Shown here: positions 50,051 to 63,305 of the stretch, piece after piece
Position numbering within the stretch: position 1 is the first letter of the stretch
Layout of the letters: each line of letters opens with the position of its first letter
Source: Takakia lepidozioides
Lineage: Eukaryota > Plantae > Bryophyta
Length of the DNA: 64,000 nt
Assembly (NCBI GenBank): GCA_030704615.1
Contig: CM060734.1
Coordinates: 17,360,001 to 17,424,000 of the forward strand
Reading direction: 5' to 3'
Made by a program: the position numbers and the translations under genes
Notes under the pieces: generated by a model
The model's input: the letters and a program-made list of their open reading frames with translations, nothing else
What the model was told of the DNA's origin: nothing
Database searches by the model: none

Positions 50051-53000
50051 TTCTTGGAGAATTACAACACCAGCACTCGGAGCACAAATGTCCGCGACAC
50101 TCACATTCTACTGACGGAGAAGTACTTGGCGGAAGTGTTTCACCTTCCCAGTCTAGATGTACCGGCGCACAGCGGCAAACCTCCACGGTTTGTACTTGCA
50201 GATTTGTTTGAGAATCTCAACCAAGCATATCAGGGCTACACATGCAGTCACGACAAAAGCCTCGGCTTTAGGAAGATAGCCCCGGTACTTAGCACGTTGC
50301 TTTGCCTTAGGAAAAACCACATCTACTGCACAAAGGAGCTAATCGATCAAGTGTTGATTTGCCTCAATGGGCAAATCGTGAATTGGGCAAGCTTCTTATT
50401 GAAGAAGTTAACCCAAGAATTGACCCGGTTGACAAAGAAAAAGAAGGAAGCGACTGTTAACATGGCCACTCCCTTGTTACTCCAAATGATTTGACACACT
50501 GTACATCTGACACTTGAAGAGCAAACGACGTTGGGGATTATGCAGCGGGTAGATACGATGGAGGAAGAAGGAAGTGACTCGGCAGCAGGTCAAGAAGGAG
50601 AAGAGGGCGGACTTGCAAAGAAAGCCCGGATCAACGAAGCAACCACAAGTGCAGCAGCAGAGGACATCATCAACTCAACGGCTGATTCCCCAATGCAGAG
50701 AGAAGGGGAGAATCAATAGCCAAAAGGAGGGAACCAACCACAGACCAACGAAGCAACGCCCATGGAAATTAGCCATGGCAACACCGAAGCCCAGCAAGCA
50801 GCACACACAGAGGCCACACAACCAGGAACAGAGGAGGGAGACATAGTGGCGCAGCAACAGCAGATGGTGCAAGAGGCACCCAGTCAGCAGCAATAGCAAG
50901 TGGTGCAAGAGGCACCGAATCAGCAGCAGCAAGACAGTAATTCCAATTTGGAATTACTACTAGCACAACAAGTTCTGGATACAACAGCATGGGACACAGG
51001 GTTGGAAGAAACGCCATAGAATGTCATTCTGCAGGCAATACATGCATTGGGTCAAGTGACGGCTTGTATGGATAGGGCCAAAGATTACATTAGCCTGGAG
51101 AACCTGAGCATGATCTTAGACCACATCAAAGAGAAACACCAGAGGGAATTGGCAACAACAAGAACAGTATGTAACCACGAGGTTACAATCGCAACGTTAG
51201 AAGATCAAAAGATGACCTTGCTTCGCCAATACAACACTTTGACCCAACGCAGAGATGAGTGGGAGCAGAAGTGGCAAAGATAGCGAGACGAAACACGCCA
51301 TGTCCAAGCCGACCTCGATGCAGAGCGAGAGCGATCTCGGAAAACAGAGACAGAGGTGGAAACACTCACAGGACAAGTGCATACGCTTAAGCAGCAGGGG
51401 GAGACACTCAAGGGACAGCTAAAGACTGCCAGAGATTAGGGAACCAAGTGGCTCACAAGCAAAACTACACTGCTGAGGGAAAGGGAGAATGCTGAAAGTA
51501 AGCTGTTCACAGCCACCACAGAAAGAGACATTGCCATGGGCAATGAACAAGAATGGAAACAGCAGCTGGAGAAGCTGACACTGCAAGTAGGGCTGGATGC
51601 AGCAGACGCAGCCTTGGCCAGAGCCTGGTTGAATGAAGGGAGTGAACTGGAGATGAAGAAACTCAACAGGGCAATGGTGAGGCAGATGAAATGTCAATTG
51701 GCGAAGTTGGTGACAGACATTCATGAGGAATTCCTGCCACCAATTCCAGAACAAGGGGAGCTCATGGACGAAGATGATCAAGAGGAGCAAGACCATGAAC
51801 GAGAAGCACCGATACAATCAACAACAACAACACCAACACAAACACCACCACCAAGTCAACAAACACTAGTGCAGGCCACAGCAGGGCTATCTACTCAAGA
51901 GGTAAACCCCGTAACACTACCAAGTGTACTGGTAGCATCAACTTCGGTAGCAGTGGATGATTTCCAAATCATGCCATGCAAGCAGGATGAGGAGTGGCTA
52001 AAGTATTCGGAGGAATACTTTAAAATGATGGTAGTCCCAGTCCACCAAATCCCAGAAATACTGGAGAAGGTCTTCAAAACCTTAAACCCCTGCAGATCAT
52101 TGGGTCAATTGCATCTGCTCAATCAAACTCTTATCCCTCTGAGATACAGGATGAGGCCACTGGCTAAGGAGGAGACATGGTCAGGGGCAGAATTGGTTGA
52201 ATTCTGGCGCCAGGCTCCCCTGGAATACAAGGAGCTGGTAGCTTACATGTGGGCAGTGGGGCAATTGAAGATTAAACCTACCCCGGCAGTAGACATTGTA
52301 ATGGGCTGCCCAAGTTTCTATATTGGCAGTTACTTGTACCGGATGTTCGTGACAATGAGGGGAAGCTGGTAGCGCTATGAGAGTATTGAAAAAGATACTC
52401 ATTGGGAATTACCCAAATTCTAGCCACCAGAGAGAGTAGCAGGCACTTCAGCATATATAAACAGACCACTCTATGCTGAAACATGGCGCCAGGCGAAGGA
52501 CCACTTTTCACCATTGGTCTTGGACAGAGACCACCCTTTCAGAGAAACAGGGATCCAAGCTTTTAACTGGTTAATGGGCAGCAAGGTGACTAAACACATT
52601 ATACCCTAGACCAAGGAGGAGCTGCAAACCTACCGAGAAACCTTGACCACCAAAATCGACATGGTACGTGGGGAAGGAATAGCAAAACACCCTGATGACG
52701 AAAGCTGGCCTACTCACGAACCAGAGGAGCAACCAGACAGTGACAACAGGAACAAGAAGCTGCCACCATGACAATCCTGGGACACACTTCCTACCCCGCA
52801 GACGGGCATGCCACCACCTTACATCCCCAAGAGACAGCAAAATTGTGCGGACACAATTTCAAAAGGGGGGGGGGGATAAATGATAACGGCTATGCTACGA
52901 GGGCCAGACAGCGAGGGGCACAACAGGACATACCGGGTAGTGATGGATGTACACTACCTGGTCACGGGCAGAAAAGGCTAAGTACGCGGTACTTAGCAAA

Positions 53001-53650
53001 TGGAACAAGGGTACATTACCACGGGAGCAATAGTGGGTAGTGTAGTGACGTGGGCCGTGAACCACGATATCGCACGGCCACGTTAGCATCGGCTTTAACC
53101 AATAGAGGGAGTAGTGGACCGTTTACCACTATGGCTCACGACCACTGCAACGAGCCACTTTTTTAGCAAACCTTTTAGGTTGCGTAGGCAGTTAGGCAAA
53201 CGGTCATTAACGACCGCAGGCTGTAACGGCTCTTTTGAGCATAGTATAAAAAGGCTACACGCAACTTAGAAGATGAGCAATATGAGTATGAGTATCAGTG
53301 ATCAGTGTGTATTCAGTGTGTACTTCTGTGATGATGTGACGAACTCTGAAGAAAAGCCATGCTATTCGAAGTAGCTCTGTGTAGAGTGAATGTGAGATGG
53401 AGAGAATGTGCATTATGAGAGAACGTGAGATGGTGAGAATGTGTATCATCTCAGGATAGTTCTTGTTTGCCTTAACTACCATTTGCTTAACGACTTCAGT
53501 CTTTTCGACTAAGATCTTTTATGCCAAAGAGACTGTAAGTTGAGCTTAATCAATAGGATTAAGCAGCATGCAGGGAGATAAATTCATACGATGTTCATGG
53601 TTTAGCTATCCTTAAAACGATTACTTCGTAATCGTTTCTGAAAGCATACC
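50051..53650 (+). mobile_element. 3' part of an LTR retrotransposon: decayed extra ORF, polypurine tract and 3' LTR
   Basis: Broken ORF 50045-52700 with coiled coil and a VNWASFLL motif. PPT AAAAGGGGGGGGGGATAAA at ~52860-52880 directly precedes TGATAAC at 52881. TATAAAA box near 53246. Right end of the LTR is uncertain. Confidence 0.7.
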
Positions 53651-53659
53651 GTCGGACAA

Positions 53660-56600
53660 CCTTATCTCGGTTGATGACAGCGACGTCCCAAGTTTCACAG
53701 GCCAAATTGCGGGGGGAGGGGGCTTCATTATCAGCGAAGGACGAACTGTTCCCTTGAGGCATCGTGCCATATCGTTTGGGCAGAACTAGAACTTGTGATC
53801 TTTTGACTCCCCACTATGATAAGGTCGGAACAACCCTGTGAATGTTGGAGCTGGAGTCCCCCTGGAGCCTTTGCATATTTTTTATTTGCATTTCTTGAAA
53901 GAGGGGGTCCAAATTGCCATGCAAGCCACTCTAGATCTTGGTGGGGTGCGTTCTATATGCCACTCACTATCAATGCAATCAGATTCATGCACCATGGCCA
54001 CCACCTCCTCCAATGGGATTCCTGCTGCTATGTTTGCATGATCTGCACCTGCTCCACTGGAGGAGGACCCACCTGGGAAGGGGCGGGCACACGACTTAGT
54101 CTGCACTGGAGACACCTTTGGTACAGAAAAATTGACCCTGTCCGGCCGATGGGAATCTCCATCCGACCCTGGAGGAGTGTTCAAATTTCCTTTTGCATGA
54201 TCCAAATATTTCCTCGCCTTCCAAATGGGGGACCCTGGATTGCAAATGGGAGCCTTCAGTGCACCTATTCAGAGCTCTGGCCATCTTCGATGGGTCTCCG
54301 GACCTACTGGCAGCCCTTAGCATCAACAAAGTCGTATCAGGGCCCTTGCCTCCGCCCCGTCCCATCAGAAAATTGCGGTACCTGGTTTGTTGTGTAAGTG
54401 CCCGCACCATGTCATCAGCAGTGGCCACATACAAGTCACGTCCTGCTTTGGTAGACTGCTACATCCAGGCGTTGTGAATAGTCTCCGCCAAATTACAGGA
54501 TGGCATGTCGGCCAAGTCCTCCAAGGACATGTCCTGCAGGAGGCATTGCATGGAAATGTGAGGAACGAAAGGAAATGGAAGAGGTTTTGCAAGTGACAAT
54601 CCAACAACCCCAAACGAACAGGCACGATGCAAAGTTAAATTTGTGTTTCTGGGATTGAAGAGGCTTACCGTCGTCATGAAAGCTCCCCATTGTCTGTACC
54701 TGAAGTGCCAGAAAACCAACCAGTCCTCCAACTCCTTCAGGTGGATACCAGATGGCAAATTGTACCAGATGTCATCCTGAATACTACTCTGGTGGACATG
54801 TATGCCAAATGTGGAGAACCACCAGCCCGGATTGCTTGGTAAGTGCTCTCAGCTTCTCCCATTGAGGTGGCATTTTTGTACTTGAGGCAGAGCCTTCTGT
54901 GCTCCAACTGAAGATTAGGGCGAATGCAGCGCTTTGTATGACGTGCCAGAGATTGACTCCAATGGAAGAGGCATGTGCGCTCCCTATTTTCCATTGGGAC
55001 CTTAGGATCCCCCGAACCAAACACGCGCCGCACTACATTGAAATTTGCCTGTGCACTATCAGCCATGAAGCCCGCAAAATTTGTGTTCTGTATTCCATTG
55101 CGCTGCATGACGGTCAAGAGCGAATTCCATATGAGCATCTGGGATTCAGTGTCCTCCGACTGCATATCACAAATTGCTATGGAGAGCACACGCTGGTACA
55201 CTGGATCGTACACATGGCACGCCATGGTTGTCCACCCCTTCACCCGTTTGCAGTGATCAAACATTAACCAACATTTAGCCAAATCTCCTCCAGGTTGCAT
55301 TTGGCGGACTATGCTCACACCACTGCCTTCACCCACTGTGGACATCTTGAACAAATACACCTTGGACGAGCCCTGGCTAGGGAAGATATTGTTTTGAATG
55401 AATTCATAACGACTACTCCGTTTGAGGTCCATAATGTTGTCCATGAATCCAGCAGTGCCTGTGCCCATTCTGAGTGCATTCACCTGGTTTCGAATATTGG
55501 GAGAGCTCAACACGGAGAAATGGTCCATCACTGCATCAAGCGAATCTGCATCCAGCATTGGTTGTGTCGCATCCCCTTCACCCAGTATGTGTTTTTCCAA
55601 GAATGTCTTGCTGGCTGCAAGCGCTATAGCAGAAGGTGTTGCACAAGGGGCATTGTGGAACTCCTGCTTCAGCAGATTTCTAGCGATATCCACGCTATCC
55701 CTGCAACTTCCTTTGGACACAGGATGCTCGTGTGTACCCATATGAATGCAGGCACAAGTCATTGTCTTGCATCGGTGTGCCATCTGGTACATACGAGCGT
55801 GGCACATAGAAACACAGGACGGGGAAAGTTTGCAGAACCTGCACACAAAAATATTGGTCTTGGGAGGGGCAAGCCCTGGGGTGAAAGGATTCAGGGGCAC
55901 ACCTTCCCACTCACTTTCGTTTGGTTTAGCGTTGTTTCTCAGCTGAGGGCAAGAAATATTCACGCACTTGCAATGCCCAACGCAAACCGACCTTCGAAAT
56001 TTCAATCCAATGTCGTTGTGGATGTTCGACGTTTTTGTCCTGCACCAAGAGTGTCCGTCATGTTTCTTGTCCATGCCCTGCAGAAGCCCAGCTAGTCCAC
56101 TGGAAGATGTGGGATGGTTGAGCTCAAACAAGATGTCCCCATCAAACTCTGCTGGCACGTATTGAACCCGCTGCACACGAAGGGACTCCCAATCAACAAA
56201 ACGCAGCTCGCTCTTGCACCCAGGCACCCCTGCGAGGGCTTTCAATTTTGGAATGACACTCGTTATCTCCTGCAATTCGTCATCATCCAAGAATGGAGTC
56301 TGCGCTGGCAGAGGAATCTCAGAAACATCCTCCGAGGACGAGTCTGAAAGAGTCACGAATGTAGTGGATGTTCTCACCTCTTGTTTCACATGAACTGTGT
56401 CATTCTGCTGCACGACCGATGCTGCAGTGCCAGGGGTAATTACTGATCCTGCTGATTGTCTTCTCTCTTTTCCAAGGACCCGGTATGTGCCTAGAAGGAC
56501 TCTCCACTTCCTTCCACACTCGCCAACCAATGGTTTTTCCAAGTGCCCAGAATCCAAATTCCCTTCCTCGTCATACACCTCTTTTTGAACAAGCAGAGAA

Positions 56601-56737
56601 CCCAATTCCAGCGGGAACACTGTAACCAGCTCATCCTCATGAACAACTGCAAACCCATCGTCGTCTGCAGTGGCAATCAGTGGAAGACTACCTGCATTGG
56701 AATGAAATCGAGCGAGTCTATCTCGCTCCCTGGACAT
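53660..56737 (-). pseudogene. MULE-type GCM-domain DDE transposase, element B (near full length, with frameshifts and stops)
   Basis: 666-aa ORF with a GCM domain ending CIHMGTHEHP, WLMFDH, FMADSAQA and ERTCLFHW. Frameshift ~54825, intron ~54539-54669, then SCNLAETIHNAWM* and a C-terminal WHIER..C..KKC region. Colinear with 4048-6596. Confidence 0.85.
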
Positions 56738-57567
56738 GTTTTCCTACACTGACCGAAAGTTGCGATTCACAACGGAATCCCCGAACTGATAGCCCGTAAT
56801 TCTGGAAAGGGGATCCACCACAAACAAACTGAGGTCAATAAGGGTAGCACTGACCCAAAGACTGCGGGCGATGCATGCAAAGGATGTAGGAATGACATGC
56901 ACCGAACTTCGTAGACAGCCACACTGAGAGACACCAACCATAAAAACTATTTTCAAAGACAAGAAGCCACAAGAAGACGTGCTGTATTTGGATGAAAAAC
57001 AAACCCTGAACATGACATGAAACCATCCATTATGGAAAGACGGCACCAACCCTGGAGAGCAGTAAACAGGAAGACCCCAAATCTAATGAGGTTGTGTTGT
57101 GCCAGAAGAGCACAGCACAAACACTGACACTCCGAGAGACACCTCGCACGAATGTGTGCAACACATGACCATTGCCGACACAACCCTTTATACCGAATGA
57201 CCCCATTGCGACGGTGACGGCGAAATGCAAACCGCAGGGTAGGCAGTACAACACACGTGGATGCATATGTGAAGCATAACAATTATTGCAAATCTGCAAA
57301 CACTGCTCGAAATTGAACTAGCATTAGATTTCTACGGCACTTCCGAATTTGAAAGAATGCAAGAAGGCTGCCATGTATTGGCAGGCGGCGAAGTACATCT
57401 GACATATATCTTAAGTACATGCAACGGATGTACTTTTTTTCTACCACTTTATTTCTTGGATAATACAAAGACGCCAAAATGGATGAATTCCATTCGCACA
57501 CAATGATAACACCCGCATCCAAATACGGTTAACAATGTCCAATTTTTATTTTGGTTACATGCCATAG

Positions 57568-60500
57568 CAACCCTTGTTGCAAACATCAAACTGGAGAGCT
57601 CTAGAGGCAGCGTGGGGAGCCCTTGTTTCCACCAAAGGAGGAAGAGAAGGAAGTCGTTATACTTCACGAGCACTAGGGACAGGAATAGAGCCAGATATAG
57701 AATGAGGATGGAAAGAGTAGACGAAGAGGAAAAGGAGGAAGAAGAGGGCAAAAAGGAAAGTCTGGCGATGGAAGAGCAGGATTCTGGAGAAGAACAACAG
57801 CCCGCCATACTTCCAAGAACTGGTGAGGAGGAGACTGCATCCGAGGGAGAGACAGACGCCGAAGATGATGTTGATGTTGGCCTCACGAAGAACCAAATAG
57901 TAGAAAAGAGGATGGGGGAGATGCTCCAGAACATGCTCGGCGTAGAGAGCAGTCCGAAGCGCAAAGGGTCTCCGGCGATTGGGGAGTCTTCTGGAGCACC
58001 CAAGAAAAAGGTACAATTGATGTCCAAACCTACTTGGAAGCTCAAACAGAGTGCGGCAACGCACACTGTTTGAGACCCACATTTGTGCTTCATTTTTTAT
58101 GTGAAAATCGGCCACTTTGGGCCTCTCTGTCTGGTTCAATTCACCACTGACTGTAATGTCAATTAGTGTGCGGCAACGCACATAGTTTCAGACCCCACTT
58201 GTGCTTGTCTTTTTGATATGAAAATCGCCTACATACGGCATCTCTCTCTGGTTCAATCCACCCGTATTAAGAAGCACAAACAGTGTGCGGCAACGCCGGC
58301 CGCTTGAGCCCCAACTTTGTGCTTGTTTTTTGATACAACAATCGGCCCCAAAACGGGCATGTTTGTCTGGTTCAATCCTCCACTATTTGGAAGCTCAAAC
58401 AGTGTGCGGCAACGCACACTGTTTGAGCCCCCCTTCTCATTGTTTTTTTTCATATGAAAATCGTGCACACATGGGCCTCTCCGTAAGGTTCATTCCACCC
58501 CCACTTGGAAGCTCAAACAGTGTGCAGCAACGCACACTGTTTGAGCCCCCACTTGACATTATGTTTTCATGTTAAAATCGGCCACAAAGGGCATCTCTGT
58601 CAGGTTCAATCCAAACTTACCTGGCAGCTCAAACAGTGTGCGTCAACGCACACTGTTTTAGCCCCCTTGTTGCCTTGGTTTTTGGTGTGGAAATCGTGCA
58701 CACAGGGCCACTCAGGCACGTTGAATCCACACTTACCTGGAAGCTCAAACAGTGTGCGTCAACGCACACTGTGTTAGCCCCCTTGTTGCCTTGCTTTTTG
58801 GTGTGGAAATCGTGCACACAGGGCCACTCAGGCAGGTTGAATCGACACTTACCTGGAAGCTCAAACAGTGTGCGTCAACGCACACTGTTTGAGCCCCCCT
58901 TCTCATAGTTTGTTTCATGTCCAAATCTGCAATCTTAGGGCATTTGTTTTGCGGTTCAACCACAATTACGTGGCAGCTCAAACAATGTGCGTCAGCGCAC
59001 ACTGTTTGAGCCCCCCATCTCGTTGTTTAATTCATGTAAAAATCGACCACAAATGGCATTTTGGACAGGCTGAATCCACACTTAAGTGGCAGCTCAAACA
59101 GTGTGCGTCAACGCACACTGTTTGAGCCCCCCTTCTCATTGTGTACTTCAGGTAAAAGTCGGCCACATATGGCATCTCTGACAGGCTGAATCCACACTTA
59201 AGTGGCAGCACAAACAGTGTGCGTTGACGCACACTGTTTGAGCCCCCCTTTGCCTTCTTTTTTGGTGTGGAAATCTTGCACAAAGGGCCACTCTGGCATG
59301 TTCAATCCACCCTTTATTGGAAGCTGAAACATTGTGCAGGAACGCACACTATTTCAGCCCCCTTTCTCATTGTTTGTTTCATTTGAAAATCGTGCACATA
59401 GGGGCCTCTCTGTAAGGTTCATTCTACCCATATTGGGAAGCTCAAACTGTGTGCCCCCTTCAGTGCCTTTTTTTTATTTGAAAATCGGCCACTCATAGCC
59501 ACTATGCTAAGTTCAAATTACCCCTTATTGGAAGCTCAGACAGTGTGCGTTGACGCACACTGTTTGAGCCCCCTTTTTTGCTTGTTTTTTTCATGTGAAA
59601 ATCGTGCACACAGGGGCCTCTCTGTAAGGTTCATTCCACCCCTCTTTGGAAGCTCAAACAGTGTGCGGCAACGCACACTGTTTGAACCCCCATTTTGCCT
59701 TGCTTTTTGCCTTGTTTTTCTTGTTCAAAACGGCCACAACTGGCATCTCTGTCAGGCTCAATCCACACTTACGTGGCAGCTCAAACAGTGTGCGTTGATG
59801 CACACTGTTTGAGCCCCCCTTGTCATTGTTTTTTTCATGTGAAAATCGTGCACACATGGGCCTCTCTATAATGTTCATTCCACCCCTCTTTGGAAGCTCA
59901 AACAGTGTGCGTTGACGCACACTGTTTGAGCCCCCCTTGTCATTGTTTTTTTCATTTGGAAATCGTGCACACAGGGGCCACTGTTTGTGCCCCCTTCACT
60001 ACCTGTTTTTTTAATTTAAAAATCGTCAGAATATGGCCACTATGCGATGTTCAAACCACCCCTAATTGGAAACTTAAATGTTTTGGGCCCCATCTCTGCT
60101 TGTTTTTTGATGTGAAATTGGGCGAAACACGGCCAGTATGGATGCTCAAAACACCCATAGTCGGAAGAACGAACAGTGTGTGGCCCCCTCTCTGGATGTT
60201 TTTTTATGTGGAAATGTGCCACATAGGGCCTAATGTCATGTTGACAACACCCCTATTTGGAAGCTCAAGCAGTGTGCAGCAACGCACACTGTCTATTCCC
60301 CACTCTCTGCCTGATTTTAGATTTGAAAATAGACCACTCATGGCCAGTGTGCCATGTTCAAATCACCCATTATTGGAAGCTCAAACAGTGTGCGTAAACA
60401 GTGTGCGGCAACGCACACTGTTTTTGGCCCGCACAATGCTTGTTTTCTCATGTGAAATTGGGCCACATCGGGCCTACCTGCCATGCTCAAAACACCATCT

Positions 60501-61812
60501 GTTCTTGCCTCTCTCTTATATTAGTTTGAATGAACAACCGTGTAGGAGAAGATGCAAATGGTGGCGGATGAGAACCCTTCGGGGGAGGGGAAGGAGATCA
60601 TTATTGATATGGACGATGAGTTTTGTGAAAGCAAAGCCGCTGAGATACTGGGGGGTCAGAAGGTAAACTCTCAGCTTGTGGTGCAAAGTATGCTTGCCCT
60701 GGGTAGGAGGTTGAAGATCCCCCTGTGTAGGTTGGTTTCCATGCTCGTCATTCGTCCACCCCTCATCAATGAGATCTTGAAGTTGGAGGCCGAGTTTGTT
60801 CATGGGTATTTGGATGGATCCGCAGTCTTTTACGTTTCTACAAAGGATTCCAGAGGCAATGAGCTCCTTGTGGATGAGTCAATCGTGGACTCGTGGGATC
60901 CCATTTGGAGACAGGTGAACGAATCCTTCGAACTTCTTCTCTTCAGGAAACCTTCGACCCAGGCATTCTCAAGGAAGATGTTTCACGTATGGGATGGCAA
61001 CCACCGATTGCTTGCATGGATGGCTATCATTGGGAGGCTGCACTCACAGGAGGAAGAGTGGCATTACTCTGTTCGATCGATGGTGCTGGATTGTGACAGG
61101 AACATGATGCGTCTTTTGACGGCAATGAATGATGTGAACAAGTTGGTTTCTCATTCTACATGTTCCAGTTGTGGTTCCGTGGTTCTTTTGTTCCAGTCCT
61201 CTGTTGACGGTTCTTCATTTTCATTCTGACTTTCACATATCATTCTGCAGAAGGACGGAGACATTGCATGTCAAAACGAGTCTGGTTCACACACTGTACA
61301 TGATACAAAGGATCGGGCAGATGCCCTTGACCAACTTCAAGACCATCCTTTCAGCAAAGACGTACAAGAAGTGTGAAAGCTCCAAGACATCAGAAACGCG
61401 GTACTCGTTGACCCGTGAGGCTTTCATGGAGTATATGTACGTGGTGAGATACATCTTCCACCATCTGGCCTTTCGATATTCCTGCTTCCACATGTTTGTT
61501 TCTGTTTGTTTCCCTTGCCCTTGGGTTGATTCAACTCTCGTGCATTCCCTTGCAGCAAGACATTGCAGATGCAGGAGAGCGTGCAAACTGGAATACTACA
61601 GGTCTACCCCTAAGGAGAGAAGGACAGCAAAGGGGGTTGAGAGTCACATCAAGAAAGAGATGACCGCCACAAGAAGGACTATTATGAGTGCTTTTGTTAA
61701 GCAGTTGAGAATTGCCGACCCATCATTCGGATCGCAGTTTCTTCTAGAGGTGAAAAACCATTACAACAAACCAGACAAGCCAAAGATGGCCCAGGAGAAG
61801 TTACACTGTTGC
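57568..61812 (+). pseudogene. Spliced ParB/Sulfiredoxin-fold protein gene of element B, 3'-truncated
   Basis: Exons ~57568-58010, 60546-61141, 61251-61443 and ~61556-61812. LKIPLCRLVSMLVIRPP..LEAEFVHGY..FHVWDGNHRLLAW is intact. Intron positions match copy A. Confidence 0.8.
58030..60480. repeat. Tandem array of ~117-bp units, each with the 34-bp palindrome CTCAAACAGTGTGCGTCAACGCACACTGTTTGAG, filling intron 1
   Basis: About 18 full or near-full palindromes (58041, 58394, 58512, 58628, 58744, 58860, 58977, 59093, 59208, 59324, 59535, 59653, 59780, 59897, ...) plus a few units with the palindrome deleted. Bounded by GT at 58011 and AG at 60545. Confidence 0.95.
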
Positions 61813-61814
61813 AT

Positions 61815-63305
61815 GTCTTAGGAAATGGGCAGTAGTGCTGATAGCCTGTTTTGTCTAAGTCATAAACCAGTGGTTAACAAATCAACACCCTTGATTTATG
61901 CCCTCATAGAAGGAAATGAGCCATAAACACTAGTTGCAGGTGCATTGCTGCATTTTACTTACACGGATACACCTGTGTCAAGCGGTTTCCAGCATAGATA
62001 CCTTCAGGTACAAATCTGGAAATGGTATTCCAGCACCCCATAAGAAACATTCAGAGCATATAGGTCACAATAAGGATATCCAGAATCACTTAATCTTTAC
62101 CATATCATAATCCCAAGGGCTTGGGGGAATGTAATCTGGTTTGACTCTCCATAAAGCCAAGAAATAAAATAAAGCCAAGCATTTTAATAAAGGCTTGGAG
62201 ATGGCTTGATCCTCCATAAAGCCAGAGCCATTTAATAGAGGTCCGATTTGCAATCGGGTTATGAACTCAGGCGCCGTTGATGGGGGTCTTAGAAAAATGT
62301 TCACCTCATCCATTTCCTAGTACATGTATCTCTGTTGTTAACAAGGCAGACCAGTTTGCTGCTTGTTCCTCCATAAAGCCACAACACTTTTCATAAAGGC
62401 CTGAAAATGGTGTACCAGGCTTTGTCAAAAAATTCTACCATGATCAATCTTATAACTAGATAGCTTTATCACTGAAACCACGGGGCATTCACTAGAATGT
62501 TTGTAATCTAGGAAGCATTGCATAAGACCTTCTTCATAAGCTAAACCATAACCAAAAGATGAGGTCAAAGTTTAAATCGTATCCCCCATTGAAGCAATTT
62601 CTGAAGCGGCGGTGTGCAGCGACAGTAGATCGCAGCCCACTCATCCATTCTGCTCAGTCCACATCACCTGCAAGCTCTGTAAATCACATCAAGTGAAGTC
62701 CCTCACCTGCGCCCGTCCCAAAAACAAACACAAAACATGTTTTGTGCGTTGGTGAGGATGTGCAAGGTGAGTCGCAGGACTTCACAGTTGCTATCCATGT
62801 CAGAGGTGAGCTACAAAGCAGGCAAAGAGATCAATTGGACAAGCATAAGCATAAACAACCAAAATTTTTCAAAGTTAGTGGAACTAGTAGATTTTGCAGT
62901 ATAACATCCAAGATCTGGCATATGACAAAGCAAAACGCAGTAGCTTTGCTGCAGGGGAGAGAAAACAAGCCTCACAAATCAGTTATGGCGCCACTGCAGC
63001 ATAAGTGCACAATGAAAGATATATCCGGAAAGCATAGCAGCGGCTCGGCTGCCAGCATGTGGAGTGAAGACACCAGCAGGGGAACTCCTCATTCAGCCGC
63101 ACCTACGACTCCCAAGGAGATCAACAACGCGGGACTGTGCGGCAATTCAAGCCGCCATCGCACAGCTCCAGGAACATCACAAGCCCAGGTGTCGGGCTGT
63201 TTAGGTTTAGAGAGGTGAACCAAAATCGTTTCCCCACGATTTTTCATCCGGTCTGGATGGAAAATCGGCTCAGCTGATGGGTCATTTTGCAGTTTTTCAT
63301 CCATA
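61815..63305 (-). repeat. U-family repeat; inverted copy of 49065-50050 with additional internal sequence
   Basis: ORF 63089-63304(-) nearly equals 49067-49282(+). CTGGAATACCA...CCAGA.TTGTA.CTG near 62010-62030 matches module X. Confidence 0.85.

Noticed and set aside
58030-60480. CRISPR array (palindromic repeats with spacers)
   Set aside because: The spacers are ~83 bp and homologous to one another, there are no cas genes, and the array lies in a spliceosomal intron.
58253-60666. ORFs across the tandem array (EAQTVCVDAHCLSP repeats) as a repeat protein
   Set aside because: Unit lengths are not consistently multiples of three and the frames break. Splicing 58011-60545 joins the flanking exons in frame.
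49065-63305. ~1 kb inverted repeats as TIRs of one 14 kb element enclosing element B
   Set aside because: Each copy continues into further U-family sequence (left copy outward, right copy inward) and no TSD was seen. They are internal fragments in opposite orientation.
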